In this document: positions 21,137 to 31,572 of the stretch, in pieces
Layout: each line of letters begins with the position of its first letter
Numbering within the stretch: the first letter of the stretch is position 1
Assembly: GCA_963663805.2 (NCBI GenBank)
Contig: CAXXMR010000010.1
Coordinates: 1-64,000 of the forward strand
Reading direction: 5' to 3'
DNA length: 64,000 nt
Source: Sedimentisphaerales bacterium
GTDB lineage: Bacteria; Planctomycetota; Phycisphaerae; Sedimentisphaerales; SM23-30
Notes under the pieces: model-generated
What the model was told of the DNA's origin: nothing
Databases searched by the model: none
What the model saw: only the letters and a program-made list of their open reading frames with translations
Translations under genes and position numbers: made by a program

Positions 21137-24100
21137 TTAGTCCCACTCAGCAGCCATTGCCGAGAAGTCAACCAGGTCAACCGAACCATTACCATCGATG
21201 TCACCGGTCAGCCCCGTACCGCTCTGGAGCCAATCGGCTGCCAGAAGCATCAGGTCATCGACATCAACCACACCATCGGTGTTGAGGTCCGCCGAGGATA
21301 CCGGCTGCCACGGGAACTGAGGATAAGTCACACCTTCGGTAATCGTCCAGACAGTGGCGAAGTCCCAGTTGGTGAATGTGGCCTGAGCCATCATTTCCGC
21401 GGTGATCTTGCCGGTGCCGACAGCACTGGTGGTAAATCCAGATGTTTCTGTATCCCAGAAGCAGTCTGCTGCGGCACTGGTACCAGTACCAACGAAACCG
21501 CCGATTTCCGTGGTTGTGCCACTGGGGATACCAGTCGAGTAGCAGTTGGTCACAACTCCCCATGAACCGCCAATAAAACCGCCTACACGACGATAGGGGC
21601 TTTGCGCATCTCCTGTTGCGTAGCAGTTTGTTACATTGCTGGCACCTGAGGTTCTGCCGGCAAAACTACCAACTTCATCATAGCCGGTTACATCACCGGT
21701 AGCGAAACATTCACTGGCGTTACCATAATACAATCTCCCGGTGAAACCACCAACATATTGAGGATTGTTACTGTTCGGAGTAACCGAACCTGTAGCGAAA
21801 CAACGTTCGAAATTACTGTAAGTGCTAGATGTGCCATTGTCATAGCCAACACAACCACCAACATATTGTTTACCGCCGCTTACGTTACCTGTAGCGTAAG
21901 AATCTGTTGTGCTACTGCAATAGCTATTGCCAAGCAGACCGCCAATTCTGGCTGCATCTGCATTAGTAGCCGTTACCGAACCGGTTGCATAGCAATTGGT
22001 AGCGGTGGAGATGTTATGCTGTCCGGCTAGACCACCAACATATTCTGTACCGGTTGCGATAACATTACCAGTTGCGTAAGAATCAGATACACTAGCTGAA
22101 TAAATATTACCTATCAATCCGCCAACACGGTTGAAACCAGACACGGCGCCTGTGGCGTAGCAGTTGGTGACTACGCCGTTGGTTGACAACATACCAAACA
22201 ATCCGCCCAGATTGGCACTATTGTCGGGGACGTTAACATCTCCGGTCGCGAAACAGTTATCAACCACACACTGGGCGGCGTAACCGGCCAGACCACCGGA
22301 GCGTTCGCCGCCAGTTACTGTAGTAGAACTGCTGCAATCGCTGACAGAGGCATTAACGCTGTCCCAGTGCTGGGCCGCGAAAAGACCGCCGACATAGGTG
22401 GTACCGGTCGCGACACCACTGGAATGGCAGTTGCTGATGTCGCCCAGACTCATAGCAACCAGCGGAGCGACATAATTTACACCGCTGACATTGGCATTTG
22501 TCAAAGTCAGGTTCTTAATCATCGAACCTACAGCCGTGGTACCGAACAGAGCGGCATTATCGCCAGCGGAGTCGATAGTCAGGCCGGTAATGGTATGGTA
22601 ATCACCATCGAAAGTCCCCATGAAGGTACCGGTTACTACCATGCCGTCATAAGTCGTACTGGAAAGATTCAGGTCAGTCATCAGCTTATAGTAAGAGGTC
22701 AGACTGAGCTTGATTGCTTCCAGTTCACTTCTGGTCCAGATTTGATAGGGGTCAGCTTCGGTGCCGCTGCCGGTAAAGGGCAGAGCCGCAGCCTCGAACG
22801 GAATGAACGCGAAACCAAAGTCGCAGTCGATTTCCGTACGGGCATAGGTGTTCAGGTCGAAGCATTTGATAATGAAAGAGGTGCCGTCCGGTTCATAGGC
22901 CATGCAGGCATTGATAGCGCCGGTGGCGGTATCACCATCATAAGGAGTCAGCAGCAAGGCACCATCTTCGGGGGTCTTGCCGTTAATGTCCACCTGGTAA
23001 GTACCCATACTCAGTTTAGTAACGGTTACGCCGTAGGTGGAGTTGACAATCGTACCGTCGTCAGCGACGTGAGCCAGTACATTGCCGCGGAGATTCTCAT
23101 AAGGCAGGAACGCATAACGCACCCAGCGGGCATCGTAAGCATCCGCTGCGCTGAGATTCGTACGGGTGGTAACTTCCCAGCCGTCGGCCAGAGGCATTAC
23201 CGTGCTTATCAGGTTACCGGTTGTCCGGCAGCAGGTGAAAATGATACCGTCAGCCGGAGTTGCGTCGGCGAATTCATATTTGAATCTGCCGGCGGTTCCC
23301 AGATAACTGGCGGTAATTGTGGGTACTGAACCCTCATAACAGGGGCCGTAGGTGCCGTTGTCATACAGCACGCCGGTATCCCTGACATCACCCCAGGTAT
23401 AGCCGCTGCCGCGAGGAATCCAGACACTGGAAAAACTGGCCCTGCCGGTTCCGGTTACAGCCGCCGCTGACGGGTAGTTCAGAGCGAAACGATTGCCTTC
23501 ACGCGAAGAGAACGTCGGCAATGTCACGCCGGCGCCGTCACCGCGATCCTGCGGGAATTCTCGAACCGAACCCAGAGTAATACCCGCTGCAATATTCAGG
23601 TGGGTATTCTCCTCAGGATAATAGCTGCATTGTGTGCCATTGACTGAGTTGTAGTAATAATAGTTGCTGTTATGGTGTGATTCTTCAAACCACTCCGAAC
23701 CTTGCAGTTTCTGAACATCAATGAAACTGCCGGCAATATCCCAGGTGGTCTCAAAGTTGCCAGCCAGAACCTGGGTATAATCAAACGTTCTGGTCGTCAG
23801 GCCCGGACCTGACGGAGGTGTGTCAAACGGGACGAACACAAACGAGAACATCGCCATAGTCGGGAACGCAAGATACGATTCCGGCAAATCTCTCTGCTGT
23901 ACGACCCAGTGGTCACCATCCGGTTCATAGGTGCAGTAGTTGTCGCCGCCATAACGTTCATGTTCGTTTGTGACAATCAAAGTACCATCTTCGGGGATAA
24001 AATCGTCCATATAAAGTTCAACACCGTCAGCGGTACGAACTACCCAGTAGTTGCCCGTGCCGCTCTGGATACCGCCGCTGCCGCTGACACGACCAGCCAC

Positions 24101-25948
24101 AATACCTTCGGTGCTGTAGGGGACATAAACAAAATTGAACGAGTCTGACTCAGTCGCGCCGGATGCACCGTTGTCACGCATGACAATCTGCCAGCCGGAA
24201 CCATCGGGCCAGGGACTGCAAGCGGCATAATTGTCCTCGTTGAGTCCGCTGCAAACCATCAAAACACCGTCGGTAATACTGTCAATACCGTCAAGAGTAA
24301 GCTCCCAGACGCCGCGGTCAGTATCAACCTGCGATTGTGTTATGGATGCGGGATCACTATTCGGTACAGGGACTACCAGATTCGGGTCCTGATTGCTATT
24401 GAGATACTGAGTCAGATTAACGCCCATCACGACGTCCGGGCTGCCGTTCACGCACCAGGTGCGGGTGGTAATTTCCGCTTCGTCGCCTTCGGTGTCGTTA
24501 TTGGAACCGTAGGAGCGAACGTTACCACAGGTCCAGCCGCCACTAAAGGGGAAGTATGCCGCAGCGACATTGCAGTTACCTTCGTTTCCACCGCCAATTT
24601 GCATGACTGTTCCGCTGACTTCAATTTCCTGCGCAGCTTCGGAGACCGCGATCCAGGTTTGGCCGTGCGCGCCGATAGGTAGACCTACTGTAAAGCGTGA
24701 TTCATAAGCTTCGCCCAAATTCTGGCGGGAGTTTTCCGTAACCGAGGCCAGATAGACACCGCCCAGAGCATCGTCGTGGGAAGTAATGCCGACCACGGGG
24801 TAATAGTCACCCTTGTTATGAGTGGAGTAAGAATAGAAAGAGTCGTTCGGGTCAGACATTCTGATATTCGCGGTTGACTGACCAGCAGGTATTGAAACGG
24901 TGACCGCACCAAAACTGTCAACTTCCGTAACCTCAATATTAGCCGCCTGAACCGTGCTGATTACTTCACGGCTGGCAAAACCTGACAGGCGGGTACTGAA
25001 ATCAACAGCGATCGAAAACTCGTTTGTCGCATCGGTTTTGTAGTCATTGAGATATGGCGAGTAGGTCTGGATATTAATCTGGTTGTTGTCCAGGTCAATC
25101 TCTATCAGACGCATATAGCCATTACCGCCATTGGATTCAGCTTGATAATCGCTGAGCATCATCAGCACATTATTGCCGTACTCGTTGGGATAATTCAGGG
25201 TGTTCACGCCGGTGTAGGCGGCGTGATGACCGTTCAGAGTCATGAAAATCTGGTCGTTCTGGGCGATAAACTTGAAGTACATGCCCAAGCCGCCGTTAGA
25301 AGCAACCGCGCCGGATTTGGCGTAGATACCACTGAAACCATCAGCATCTTCCGGGCTGTCAGTTACCAGCAAATGGCTGGATACAATCACCGGCAGGGTT
25401 GGATTGGCATCGATAACACCCTGGGCCCATTGCAGAACCTCGTCGTCCGGGGCAAATTCCAGGTTGAGATGCAGCCAGTCGCGGCCCGCGGCGGTAAAAA
25501 TCTGATAATGGCTCAGCCCTTGACGGTCCGTACCGCCGTACCAGCCATAACCGCTGTAGCGGGATGCGCCAAAGTTGGTCAGGAACTCCTGGGGCCCTTC
25601 CCACTTGTTGGCACCGACATGGTAGTCATGATTACCGGCACAGACCGAATAGGGCACCTGGCCATCCAGGATAGCCATAGAAGTCAGCGCATTGGCCCAT
25701 TCGCCTGAGTCGTCGCCGTGGTTGACAACATCACCCAGATGAGTCACAAACTCTATCTGTTTTATGGTTTTATTGTTGACTATCCACTGCGTCTGACTGG
25801 TGAAAATAGCAGGATAATCCTGGCTATAGAGCTGCGTGTCAGGCAGGGCAGCTATCCTGAAAGACGCCGCGGAACATAAACTCGTGATTGATAACGCAAG
25901 TAACGCCATCAGTACAATTTTCGACTTACTCATCTTCTTTCCTTCCAT
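21137..25948 (-). CDS. Large secreted protein: calcineurin-like metallophosphoesterase + unknown beta-rich region + GLUG-motif repeats + dockerin-like C-terminus
   Basis: Signal peptide; PDTQ, HLGDVV, GNHD, NGH; many VGGL.G / NCYATG.V repeats; DLNTDGVVD..D and DIDGNGSVD..D pair. Confidence 0.8.
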   Translation of the reverse strand: MEGKKMSKSKIVLMALLALSITSLCSAASFRIAALPDTQLYSQDYPAIFTSQTQWIVNNKTIKQIEFVTHLGDVVNHGDDSGEWANALTSMAILDGQVPYSVCAGNHDYHVGANKWEGPQEFLTNFGASRYSGYGWYGGTDRQGLSHYQIFTAAGRDWLHLNLEFAPDDEVLQWAQGVIDANPTLPVIVSSHLLVTDSPEDADGFSGIYAKSGAVASNGGLGMYFKFIAQNDQIFMTLNGHHAAYTGVNTLNYPNEYGNNVLMMLSDYQAESNGGNGYMRLIEIDLDNNQINIQTYSPYLNDYKTDATNEFSIAVDFSTRLSGFASREVISTVQAANIEVTEVDSFGAVTVSIPAGQSTANIRMSDPNDSFYSYSTHNKGDYYPVVGITSHDDALGGVYLASVTENSRQNLGEAYESRFTVGLPIGAHGQTWIAVSEAAQEIEVSGTVMQIGGGNEGNCNVAAAYFPFSGGWTCGNVRSYGSNNDTEGDEAEITTRTWCVNGSPDVVMGVNLTQYLNSNQDPNLVVPVPNSDPASITQSQVDTDRGVWELTLDGIDSITDGVLMVCSGLNEDNYAACSPWPDGSGWQIVMRDNGASGATESDSFNFVYVPYSTEGIVAGRVSGSGGIQSGTGNYWVVRTADGVELYMDDFIPEDGTLIVTNEHERYGGDNYCTYEPDGDHWVVQQRDLPESYLAFPTMAMFSFVFVPFDTPPSGPGLTTRTFDYTQVLAGNFETTWDIAGSFIDVQKLQGSEWFEESHHNSNYYYYNSVNGTQCSYYPEENTHLNIAAGITLGSVREFPQDRGDGAGVTLPTFSSREGNRFALNYPSAAAVTGTGRASFSSVWIPRGSGYTWGDVRDTGVLYDNGTYGPCYEGSVPTITASYLGTAGRFKYEFADATPADGIIFTCCRTTGNLISTVMPLADGWEVTTRTNLSAADAYDARWVRYAFLPYENLRGNVLAHVADDGTIVNSTYGVTVTKLSMGTYQVDINGKTPEDGALLLTPYDGDTATGAINACMAYEPDGTSFIIKCFDLNTYARTEIDCDFGFAFIPFEAAALPFTGSGTEADPYQIWTRSELEAIKLSLTSYYKLMTDLNLSSTTYDGMVVTGTFMGTFDGDYHTITGLTIDSAGDNAALFGTTAVGSMIKNLTLTNANVSGVNYVAPLVAMSLGDISNCHSSGVATGTTYVGGLFAAQHWDSVNASVSDCSSSTTVTGGERSGGLAGYAAQCVVDNCFATGDVNVPDNSANLGGLFGMLSTNGVVTNCYATGAVSGFNRVGGLIGNIYSASVSDSYATGNVIATGTEYVGGLAGQHNISTATNCYATGSVTATNADAARIGGLLGNSYCSSTTDSYATGNVSGGKQYVGGCVGYDNGTSSTYSNFERCFATGSVTPNSNNPQYVGGFTGRLYYGNASECFATGDVTGYDEVGSFAGRTSGASNVTNCYATGDAQSPYRRVGGFIGGSWGVVTNCYSTGIPSGTTTEIGGFVGTGTSAAADCFWDTETSGFTTSAVGTGKITAEMMAQATFTNWDFATVWTITEGVTYPQFPWQPVSSADLNTDGVVDVDDLMLLAADWLQSGTGLTGDIDGNGSVDLVDFSAMAAEWD

Positions 25949-26062
25949 AGTAAATCACAACCTTACTCGTTAACGGGAGCCACAACGGATATACTCCCAC
26001 AAATTTTATTCTACATTGTCGTAATGATACACACCGAATTTAACTTGCGTAATTTTACCCTT

Positions 26063-26920
26063 CTATATGGGATTGTTATGTATATACTCAACCTTACCCG
26101 CACTGTTAAACCATTCGATAGGAACGTCTTCACCAAGAGTTTCTTTTAGAACGCTCACATGGCCATCCAGCCAAACAATATTGCTTGAGTGATCATGCCT
26201 CCAGTATTCTCTTATAATACCCTTATAGTTCGCTGGATCTGTGATTTCTTTAACTCTCCATTGTCCTAAATTCATTGAATCCCCCTCGATTTTATAGTAA
26301 GAATCCCCGTTGTGCTCAGAGGTGGACTCTCCGCCATCGTGAAAAACCACTGTATCAGACGGTCTCCTGAAATATGTGGTTTTCGGACGATTTTTCTGGG
26401 GCTCTTCAGGGTAATCGCGAGGGTCTGTCGAACACACATAGCGATTCAGGGTGTAATCGGAATATTCTATCCATTCCTGTTTTGCTGCTCCGGTCCTAAC
26501 GGACCAGTTGTTGAAATTCCACTTCTTTGAAACGCAACGAAAAACTTCTTTGGGAGCACCGTACTCTTCGTATGCCACGCCCCAATATGCTTGTGAATGA
26601 CGTGGGTAGAACGCTTCGTTTTTGCTATTATACGACGGCAATATCACATCTGCGTATTCTCCGTCGCATTGATAATTACCGTTGGGGGCTTCATGTAGAA
26701 AGTCTTCATTTGAATTTGCATAGGCAAGCATGGAAGTGATAACACCTCTGTTTTGACTCGAGCAAACGACCCTTCGGGCAGCTTCTCGGGCCTGCCCCAT
26801 TGCAGGCAGCAGGATACTGACCAGCAGGGCGATAATCGCCACCACCACCAGCAGTTCGACCAGCGTGAATCCTTTCGTCCGGGCCGATAACTTTCGACTT
26901 ACTTCCCGATTCTTTTGCAT
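26063..26920 (-). CDS. Prepilin-type N-terminal cleavage/methylation protein with H-X9-DG C-terminal motif (DUF1559-like)
   Basis: [57 protein letters not shown]. Confidence 0.9.
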   Translation of the reverse strand: MQKNREVSRKLSARTKGFTLVELLVVVAIIALLVSILLPAMGQAREAARRVVCSSQNRGVITSMLAYANSNEDFLHEAPNGNYQCDGEYADVILPSYNSKNEAFYPRHSQAYWGVAYEEYGAPKEVFRCVSKKWNFNNWSVRTGAAKQEWIEYSDYTLNRYVCSTDPRDYPEEPQKNRPKTTYFRRPSDTVVFHDGGESTSEHNGDSYYKIEGDSMNLGQWRVKEITDPANYKGIIREYWRHDHSSNIVWLDGHVSVLKETLGEDVPIEWFNSAGKVEYIHNNPI

Positions 26921-27047
26921 CTTAATGCCTCCATGAACAAACAGGGTTAATGTTCTTTCCACATTATATTTATCTCATTTTTCTACGCTGCGGTTGGGCA
27001 AAAAACACCTTATATGTTTTTGCCGCAACCAAACTAAATCTATGCAT

Positions 27048-27103
27048 AAAAAAAACCGCGCAAGGTCCACTCTTTTAAGGACTTACGCGGCTCTCAAATC
27101 TCT
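27048..27103 (-). promoter_or_regulatory. Putative GlpP-dependent leader upstream of prepilin-phosphoesterase-glpT-glpP operon
   Basis: Minus strand AGAGATTTGAGAG, then stem CCGCGTAAG...CTTGCGCGG and T8; a TTGACA -35 box lies upstream at 27165-27170. Confidence 0.65.
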
Positions 27104-27282
27104 AATGCCACAATATATTAAGTTTTTGCTTCTACCAATACTACATATCGACAAAAAACGGACCTGTCAAGTTAAAAAAAGTTTGTCTCCGTTAAAAAAA
27201 ACGACAACCAAAATGTGTTCGGCGGGAATGAATCTCCTAAATCTCACGCAGACTCCAGGCATAAGAATATCAAAATAGACAG

Positions 27283-27546
27283 ATGATGTCAATAGGAAAA
27301 TTCAAAAAAAGACATCACATTATGGTCTTTACATCTTGTTTTGAGAAGATAATGTCGATTCGTCGGAAACTGGAAGTGCTGGTGGCCAAGGAGGCGGCAA
27401 AGAGCGCAACGGACTCTGAATTAAGTAACTTATGTCAGATAGCAGAGCGGTTGGCGATACTGGCGGAGCAGGGGAACCAAGATGAGTTGATTACTGAGCA
27501 TATTCTTCCAGGAATTTTGTCGGCTAATTTGCGAAAATCTCATTAA
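27283..27546 (+). pseudogene. Fragment resembling a GntR FCD ligand-binding domain
   Basis: IMSIRRKLEVLVAKEAAKSATDSELSNL resembles FCD helices; no wHTH, truncated. Confidence 0.45.
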
Positions 27547-27576
27547 ATATGCCGGTATCTATGCTACAGTCTCCAA

Positions 27577-27996
27577 TCACGCGTGTTTTCGGTTGAGGAA
27601 TTCCTGGAGAATGTCGCAGGCGGCCAGCATGTCGCGGCGGGCTTTTTTTCTTTTGTTGGTAAAATCGGTGCCGGCGAGCAGCTCGTCAGCGGCGGCAGAG
27701 CTGAGACGTTCATCCTGAAGTTCGATGGGCAAGGTAAAATTCTCGGCGAGCAGTTTGGCGAATTTCTGGGTAATCTTCGCCTGGGGGCCCTCGGTGCCAT
27801 CCATGTTGAAGGGCAGGCCCACGATGAGGGCTTCGACCCCGTTTTCTTCGATGATTTTAGCTACGCGACTGATGAGAAGTTCGGGCTGTTTGGGCGTGGC
27901 CTCGATCTGGCAGAGCGGCGATACGAAATTTTCGCCGGGGTCACAGACTGCCAGTCCGATGCGCTTCAACCCGTAATCAATGGCCATATAACGCAT
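27577..27996 (-). CDS. ruvX: Holliday junction resolvase-like / pre-16S rRNA nuclease RuvX (YqgF)
   Basis: AIDYGLKRIGLA, VGLP..MDG, DERLSS, AAC.ILQ.FL. Confidence 0.95.
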   Translation of the reverse strand: MRYMAIDYGLKRIGLAVCDPGENFVSPLCQIEATPKQPELLISRVAKIIEENGVEALIVGLPFNMDGTEGPQAKITQKFAKLLAENFTLPIELQDERLSSAAADELLAGTDFTNKRKKARRDMLAACDILQEFLNRKHA

Positions 27997-28005
27997 GAAT
28001 CAATC

Positions 28006-29094
28006 TTATAAGTACTGTTCCAGGTTTTCTTTGCCGAGCCGCTGGAGTAGTGATTTGAGGTGGCTGGTTTCCTCGCGATGGCATATCATGGTTACGTCCT
28101 CGGTGTGGACGATGATGAGGTCCTCGGCGTGGATGGCGGCGATGAGGTGGTCCTTTTGGGTGCTGAGTGCCATGTTGTTGTTGCTGTGGAGCCAGATCGC
28201 GCGAGTGTCGGCGGAAGTCACGTTTTCGTCTTCATCGACAGTGCCGATGCGTTCAGCCAGGGCTTGATAGGAACCCAAATCGACCCAGTGACAATCGAGT
28301 TCGCACATACTCACATGTTCGGCCTGTTCCATGACGGCAAAATCAATACTGATTTTATCGAGTTGGGGGAATTCCGCATTCAGGACTTCCTCCTGCTGAG
28401 GGGTGTTCCAGGCGTCGGCGATTTTCTGGAAGCGTTCGGCATTCTTAGGCAGAGCCCGCTTGAGTTCTTCAAGTATGGTCGCGGTTTTCCAGACGAACAT
28501 GCCGCTGTTCCAGCAGTATTGGCCGGAGCGGATATATTTGCTGGCGGTACTGCGGTTGGGTTTTTCCTTAAAGGCCTCGACCGGGCAGACCCCTTCGATT
28601 ACATTTTCTTTTGGTTCACCGCGTTTGAGGTAGCCGAAGCCGGTGTGGGCATAGGCGGCCTTGATGCCGAAAGTGAAAAGCTCCTCCGGGTGCTGCTCAA
28701 TATGGGTAAGAGCTTTGCGGATGGCGTCATGCAGCGGCTCGACCGGTTCGATAATCTGGTCGGCACTGAAAACGCCCATGATGCTGTCGGGAGATTTTTT
28801 GTGCAGGATGGTGGCGGCCAGACCGATAGCGTTAGCGGTATCGCGACCGACGGGTTCGCCGATGATGTTTTCGCGGGGCAGTTCGGGCAGATGTTTGCGA
28901 ACGATGTCGGCGTATTCGGCGTTAGTGACAACGAATATATTTTTGCTGGCAAAAACGCCCTGCATTCTGTCAACACATTGCCTGAGCAGTGACTGCCCCT
29001 CAAAGGCGTTAATTATCTGCTTGGGGCGATTCTGACGACTCAGGGGCCAGAGCCTTTGTCCGGAACCACCGGCCATTATTACGGCATACTGCAT
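28006..29094 (-). CDS. manC: Mannose-1-phosphate guanylyltransferase
   Basis: IMAGGSGQRLWPLSR..PKQ, EPVGRDTA, FKEKP, WNSGMF, SIDFAVME, WVDLGS. Confidence 0.93.
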   Translation of the reverse strand: MQYAVIMAGGSGQRLWPLSRQNRPKQIINAFEGQSLLRQCVDRMQGVFASKNIFVVTNAEYADIVRKHLPELPRENIIGEPVGRDTANAIGLAATILHKKSPDSIMGVFSADQIIEPVEPLHDAIRKALTHIEQHPEELFTFGIKAAYAHTGFGYLKRGEPKENVIEGVCPVEAFKEKPNRSTASKYIRSGQYCWNSGMFVWKTATILEELKRALPKNAERFQKIADAWNTPQQEEVLNAEFPQLDKISIDFAVMEQAEHVSMCELDCHWVDLGSYQALAERIGTVDEDENVTSADTRAIWLHSNNNMALSTQKDHLIAAIHAEDLIIVHTEDVTMICHREETSHLKSLLQRLGKENLEQYL

Positions 29095-29118
29095 TTTGTG
29101 TCCCTTAAATGTCTGGGG

Positions 29119-30336
29119 TCAGGCTTGGTCGAGTTCAAACGCGGCGTGGACAGCCTGGAGTGCTTTTTGAGCATCTTCAGGACTGATAATGCAGCTGATT
29201 TTGATTTCGCTGGTGGTGATGGCGTTGATGTTCACCTTGGCTTCTGCCAGAGCGGAGAACATTTTGCGAGCGACACCGGTATGGGTTCTCATGCCAACTC
29301 CGACAACCGAAACCTTGGCGACGGGATTGGTGCAGAGGACATCAGCGATTTTGAATTTTTTCTTCAGTTCTTCAATGGCCAGTTTGCATTCAGCCAGGTC
29401 GGAATGTTCCACGGTAAAGCTCGTGGTGGCCGAACCGCTGGTGTCAACGGTCTGGATGATATCGTCAACAACAATATTCTTTTCCGCGAGTTTGGCAAAA
29501 ATTTCAGCCGCGACTCCGGGATGATTGGTCAGACCGATAAGGAAAAATTGGGCCATATCTTTTTTGATGGTTGCGCCAGATACTACTATGTGTTCCATTT
29601 GTTCTACCTCATGTGTAATAACGGTTCCGGGAGCGTCTGAAAAGCTCGAACGAACATGAATTTCCACGTTATATTTTTTACCGAATTCGATTGCTCTTGA
29701 GTGCATAACGCCGGCTCCGAGGCTGGCTAGTTCGAGCATTTCGTCATAACTGATACGGTCAATTTTGCGAGCGTTTGGTACTAGCCGCGGGTCGGTGGTA
29801 TAAACACCGTCCACGTCGGTATAGATTTCACAGCGTTCGGCTTCGAGTACCGCCGCCAGGGCCAGAGCGGTGGTGTCCGAAGCGCCGCGGCCCAGCGTGG
29901 TAATTTCGCCGGACTCATCAATGCCCTGAAAGCCTGCTACGATGACGATTTTATCTTTGGCCAGTTCCTCACGGATTCTGTCAGCCTGAATTTTCTGGAT
30001 GCGGGCTTTGGTATGGGCAGCGTCGGTGATAAGCCCGATTTGTCCACCGGTGAGGCTGATGCCTTTATAGCCGGCCTGATTGATGGCCATCGCCATCAGG
30101 CTGATACTCACCTGCTCCCCCGTCGTCAGGAGCATATCCATTTCACGACGAGGCGGGTTGTCCGTGATTTCAGAGGCCAGAGCGATGAGCTTATCGGTGG
30201 TTTTGCCCATGGCTGAGACGACCATCACAACTTCGTATCCCTGTTGTTTAGCTTTGATGGCCCTTGACGCGGCCCTTCTGATGCGTTCGGCGTCGGCAAC
30301 GCTGGTGCCGCCGAATTTCATTACCAACAAACTCAT
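29119..30336 (-). CDS. lysC: Aspartate kinase
   Basis: KFGGTSV, VVSAMG, TTLGRG, YTDVDGVYTTDP, two ACT domains. Confidence 0.96.
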   Translation of the reverse strand: MSLLVMKFGGTSVADAERIRRAASRAIKAKQQGYEVVMVVSAMGKTTDKLIALASEITDNPPRREMDMLLTTGEQVSISLMAMAINQAGYKGISLTGGQIGLITDAAHTKARIQKIQADRIREELAKDKIVIVAGFQGIDESGEITTLGRGASDTTALALAAVLEAERCEIYTDVDGVYTTDPRLVPNARKIDRISYDEMLELASLGAGVMHSRAIEFGKKYNVEIHVRSSFSDAPGTVITHEVEQMEHIVVSGATIKKDMAQFFLIGLTNHPGVAAEIFAKLAEKNIVVDDIIQTVDTSGSATTSFTVEHSDLAECKLAIEELKKKFKIADVLCTNPVAKVSVVGVGMRTHTGVARKMFSALAEAKVNINAITTSEIKISCIISPEDAQKALQAVHAAFELDQA

Positions 30337-30381
30337 ACCAGTTTCTTCCTTTAAGTGAGTTACAAAAGTTCTATTTCCATT

Positions 30382-31572
30382 TCAGGCTTTTGCCTTCAAG
30401 AAGTATTCCATTAAGTCGTGGCCGTGGGCGATATTCAGTCCGGTTTTTTTGCCGTTGGCTTCGCTGTAGGGCAGTTCCATACCCTTGCTGATGTCTGTTC
30501 CGGCCAGAACGAAGGGGACCGGGTCGCCCGAATGAGTGCGGATTCTTATCGGGGTGGGATGGTCTGGCAAGGCCATGATTCGCCATTCATCCAGGTTCTG
30601 AAGATATTTCAGCAAAGGCCCGACGATGTGTTTGTCGATGTCTTCGATAGCTTTGATTTTACCTTCGACCAAAGCGCCGTGCCCTGCTTCGTCGGGTGCT
30701 TCGACATGCACGATTATCAGATCTTTATCTGCAAGTGCCTTAATCGCGGCCTGGCCTTTGCCGGCATAATTCGTATCGAGATAACCGGTGGCACCTTCAA
30801 CTTCGATAACTTTCATGCCCATCAGTTTGCCCAGTCCACGCATCAGGTCCACGGCGGTTATCACCGCGGCGGAAATACCGAATCGTTTGCGGAAGGCATC
30901 CATCTGGGGTTTGTGTCCCTGGCCCCACAGCCAGATGTCGCTGGCGGTGTTTTCGCCGAGGTCTTGACGGACCTGATTTATGTCATGGGCGGCAAGGATT
31001 TCGTGAGCGGCTTCCATGAGCTTGACGAGCTTTTTACCGTTTTTGCCCTTGGGCAGGTATTTGCTGACGGGCTGGTCCATGATGTCGTGGGGCGGGGCGA
31101 TCTCCATGTCGAAATTACCCGAGCGGCAGACCATCAAATTACGATAGCTCACGCCGGGATAGAAGGTGATGTCGTCATCGCCTAATTTGTCATTGATGGC
31201 GGTGATGAGTTCCTTGCCCTGTAAGCTGTTGATATGGCCGGCGGAAAAATCTTCCATAATCCCATCGGCAATGGTTACCAGATTGCAGCGGAAAACCCAG
31301 TCATTCGCTTCGGTTTCGATACCCTGAGCGGCGGCTTCCAGCGGGGCCCGGCCTTTGTAATATTTTTCGGGGTTATAGCCCAGCACGGTCATGAGTCCGA
31401 CATCACTGCCGGGCGGATAACCGTTAGGGATGGTATGGACCATGCCCTGGCGACCGTTTGTGCTTATCCAGTCGATATTGGGGATATGGGCTTTTTCGAG
31501 GACGGTTTGGCCGTCAAGTTCAGCCAGCGGCTCATCGGCGGCTCCATCTAAAATTACGATTGCGTATTTCAT
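30382..31572 (-). CDS. apgM: Cofactor-independent phosphoglycerate mutase (ApgM family; possible homoserine-kinase substitute given hom/lysC context)
   Basis: DGAAD, PGSD, GRAPLEA, EAPDEAGH, PDHPTP...H. Confidence 0.85.
   Translation of the reverse strand: MKYAIVILDGAADEPLAELDGQTVLEKAHIPNIDWISTNGRQGMVHTIPNGYPPGSDVGLMTVLGYNPEKYYKGRAPLEAAAQGIETEANDWVFRCNLVTIADGIMEDFSAGHINSLQGKELITAINDKLGDDDITFYPGVSYRNLMVCRSGNFDMEIAPPHDIMDQPVSKYLPKGKNGKKLVKLMEAAHEILAAHDINQVRQDLGENTASDIWLWGQGHKPQMDAFRKRFGISAAVITAVDLMRGLGKLMGMKVIEVEGATGYLDTNYAGKGQAAIKALADKDLIIVHVEAPDEAGHGALVEGKIKAIEDIDKHIVGPLLKYLQNLDEWRIMALPDHPTPIRIRTHSGDPVPFVLAGTDISKGMELPYSEANGKKTGLNIAHGHDLMEYFLKAKA

Noticed and set aside
21600..22450. Repeated NCYATG/VGG units as DNA-level repeat element
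   Set aside because: Protein-level GLUG repeats with synonymous divergence inside a normal CDS
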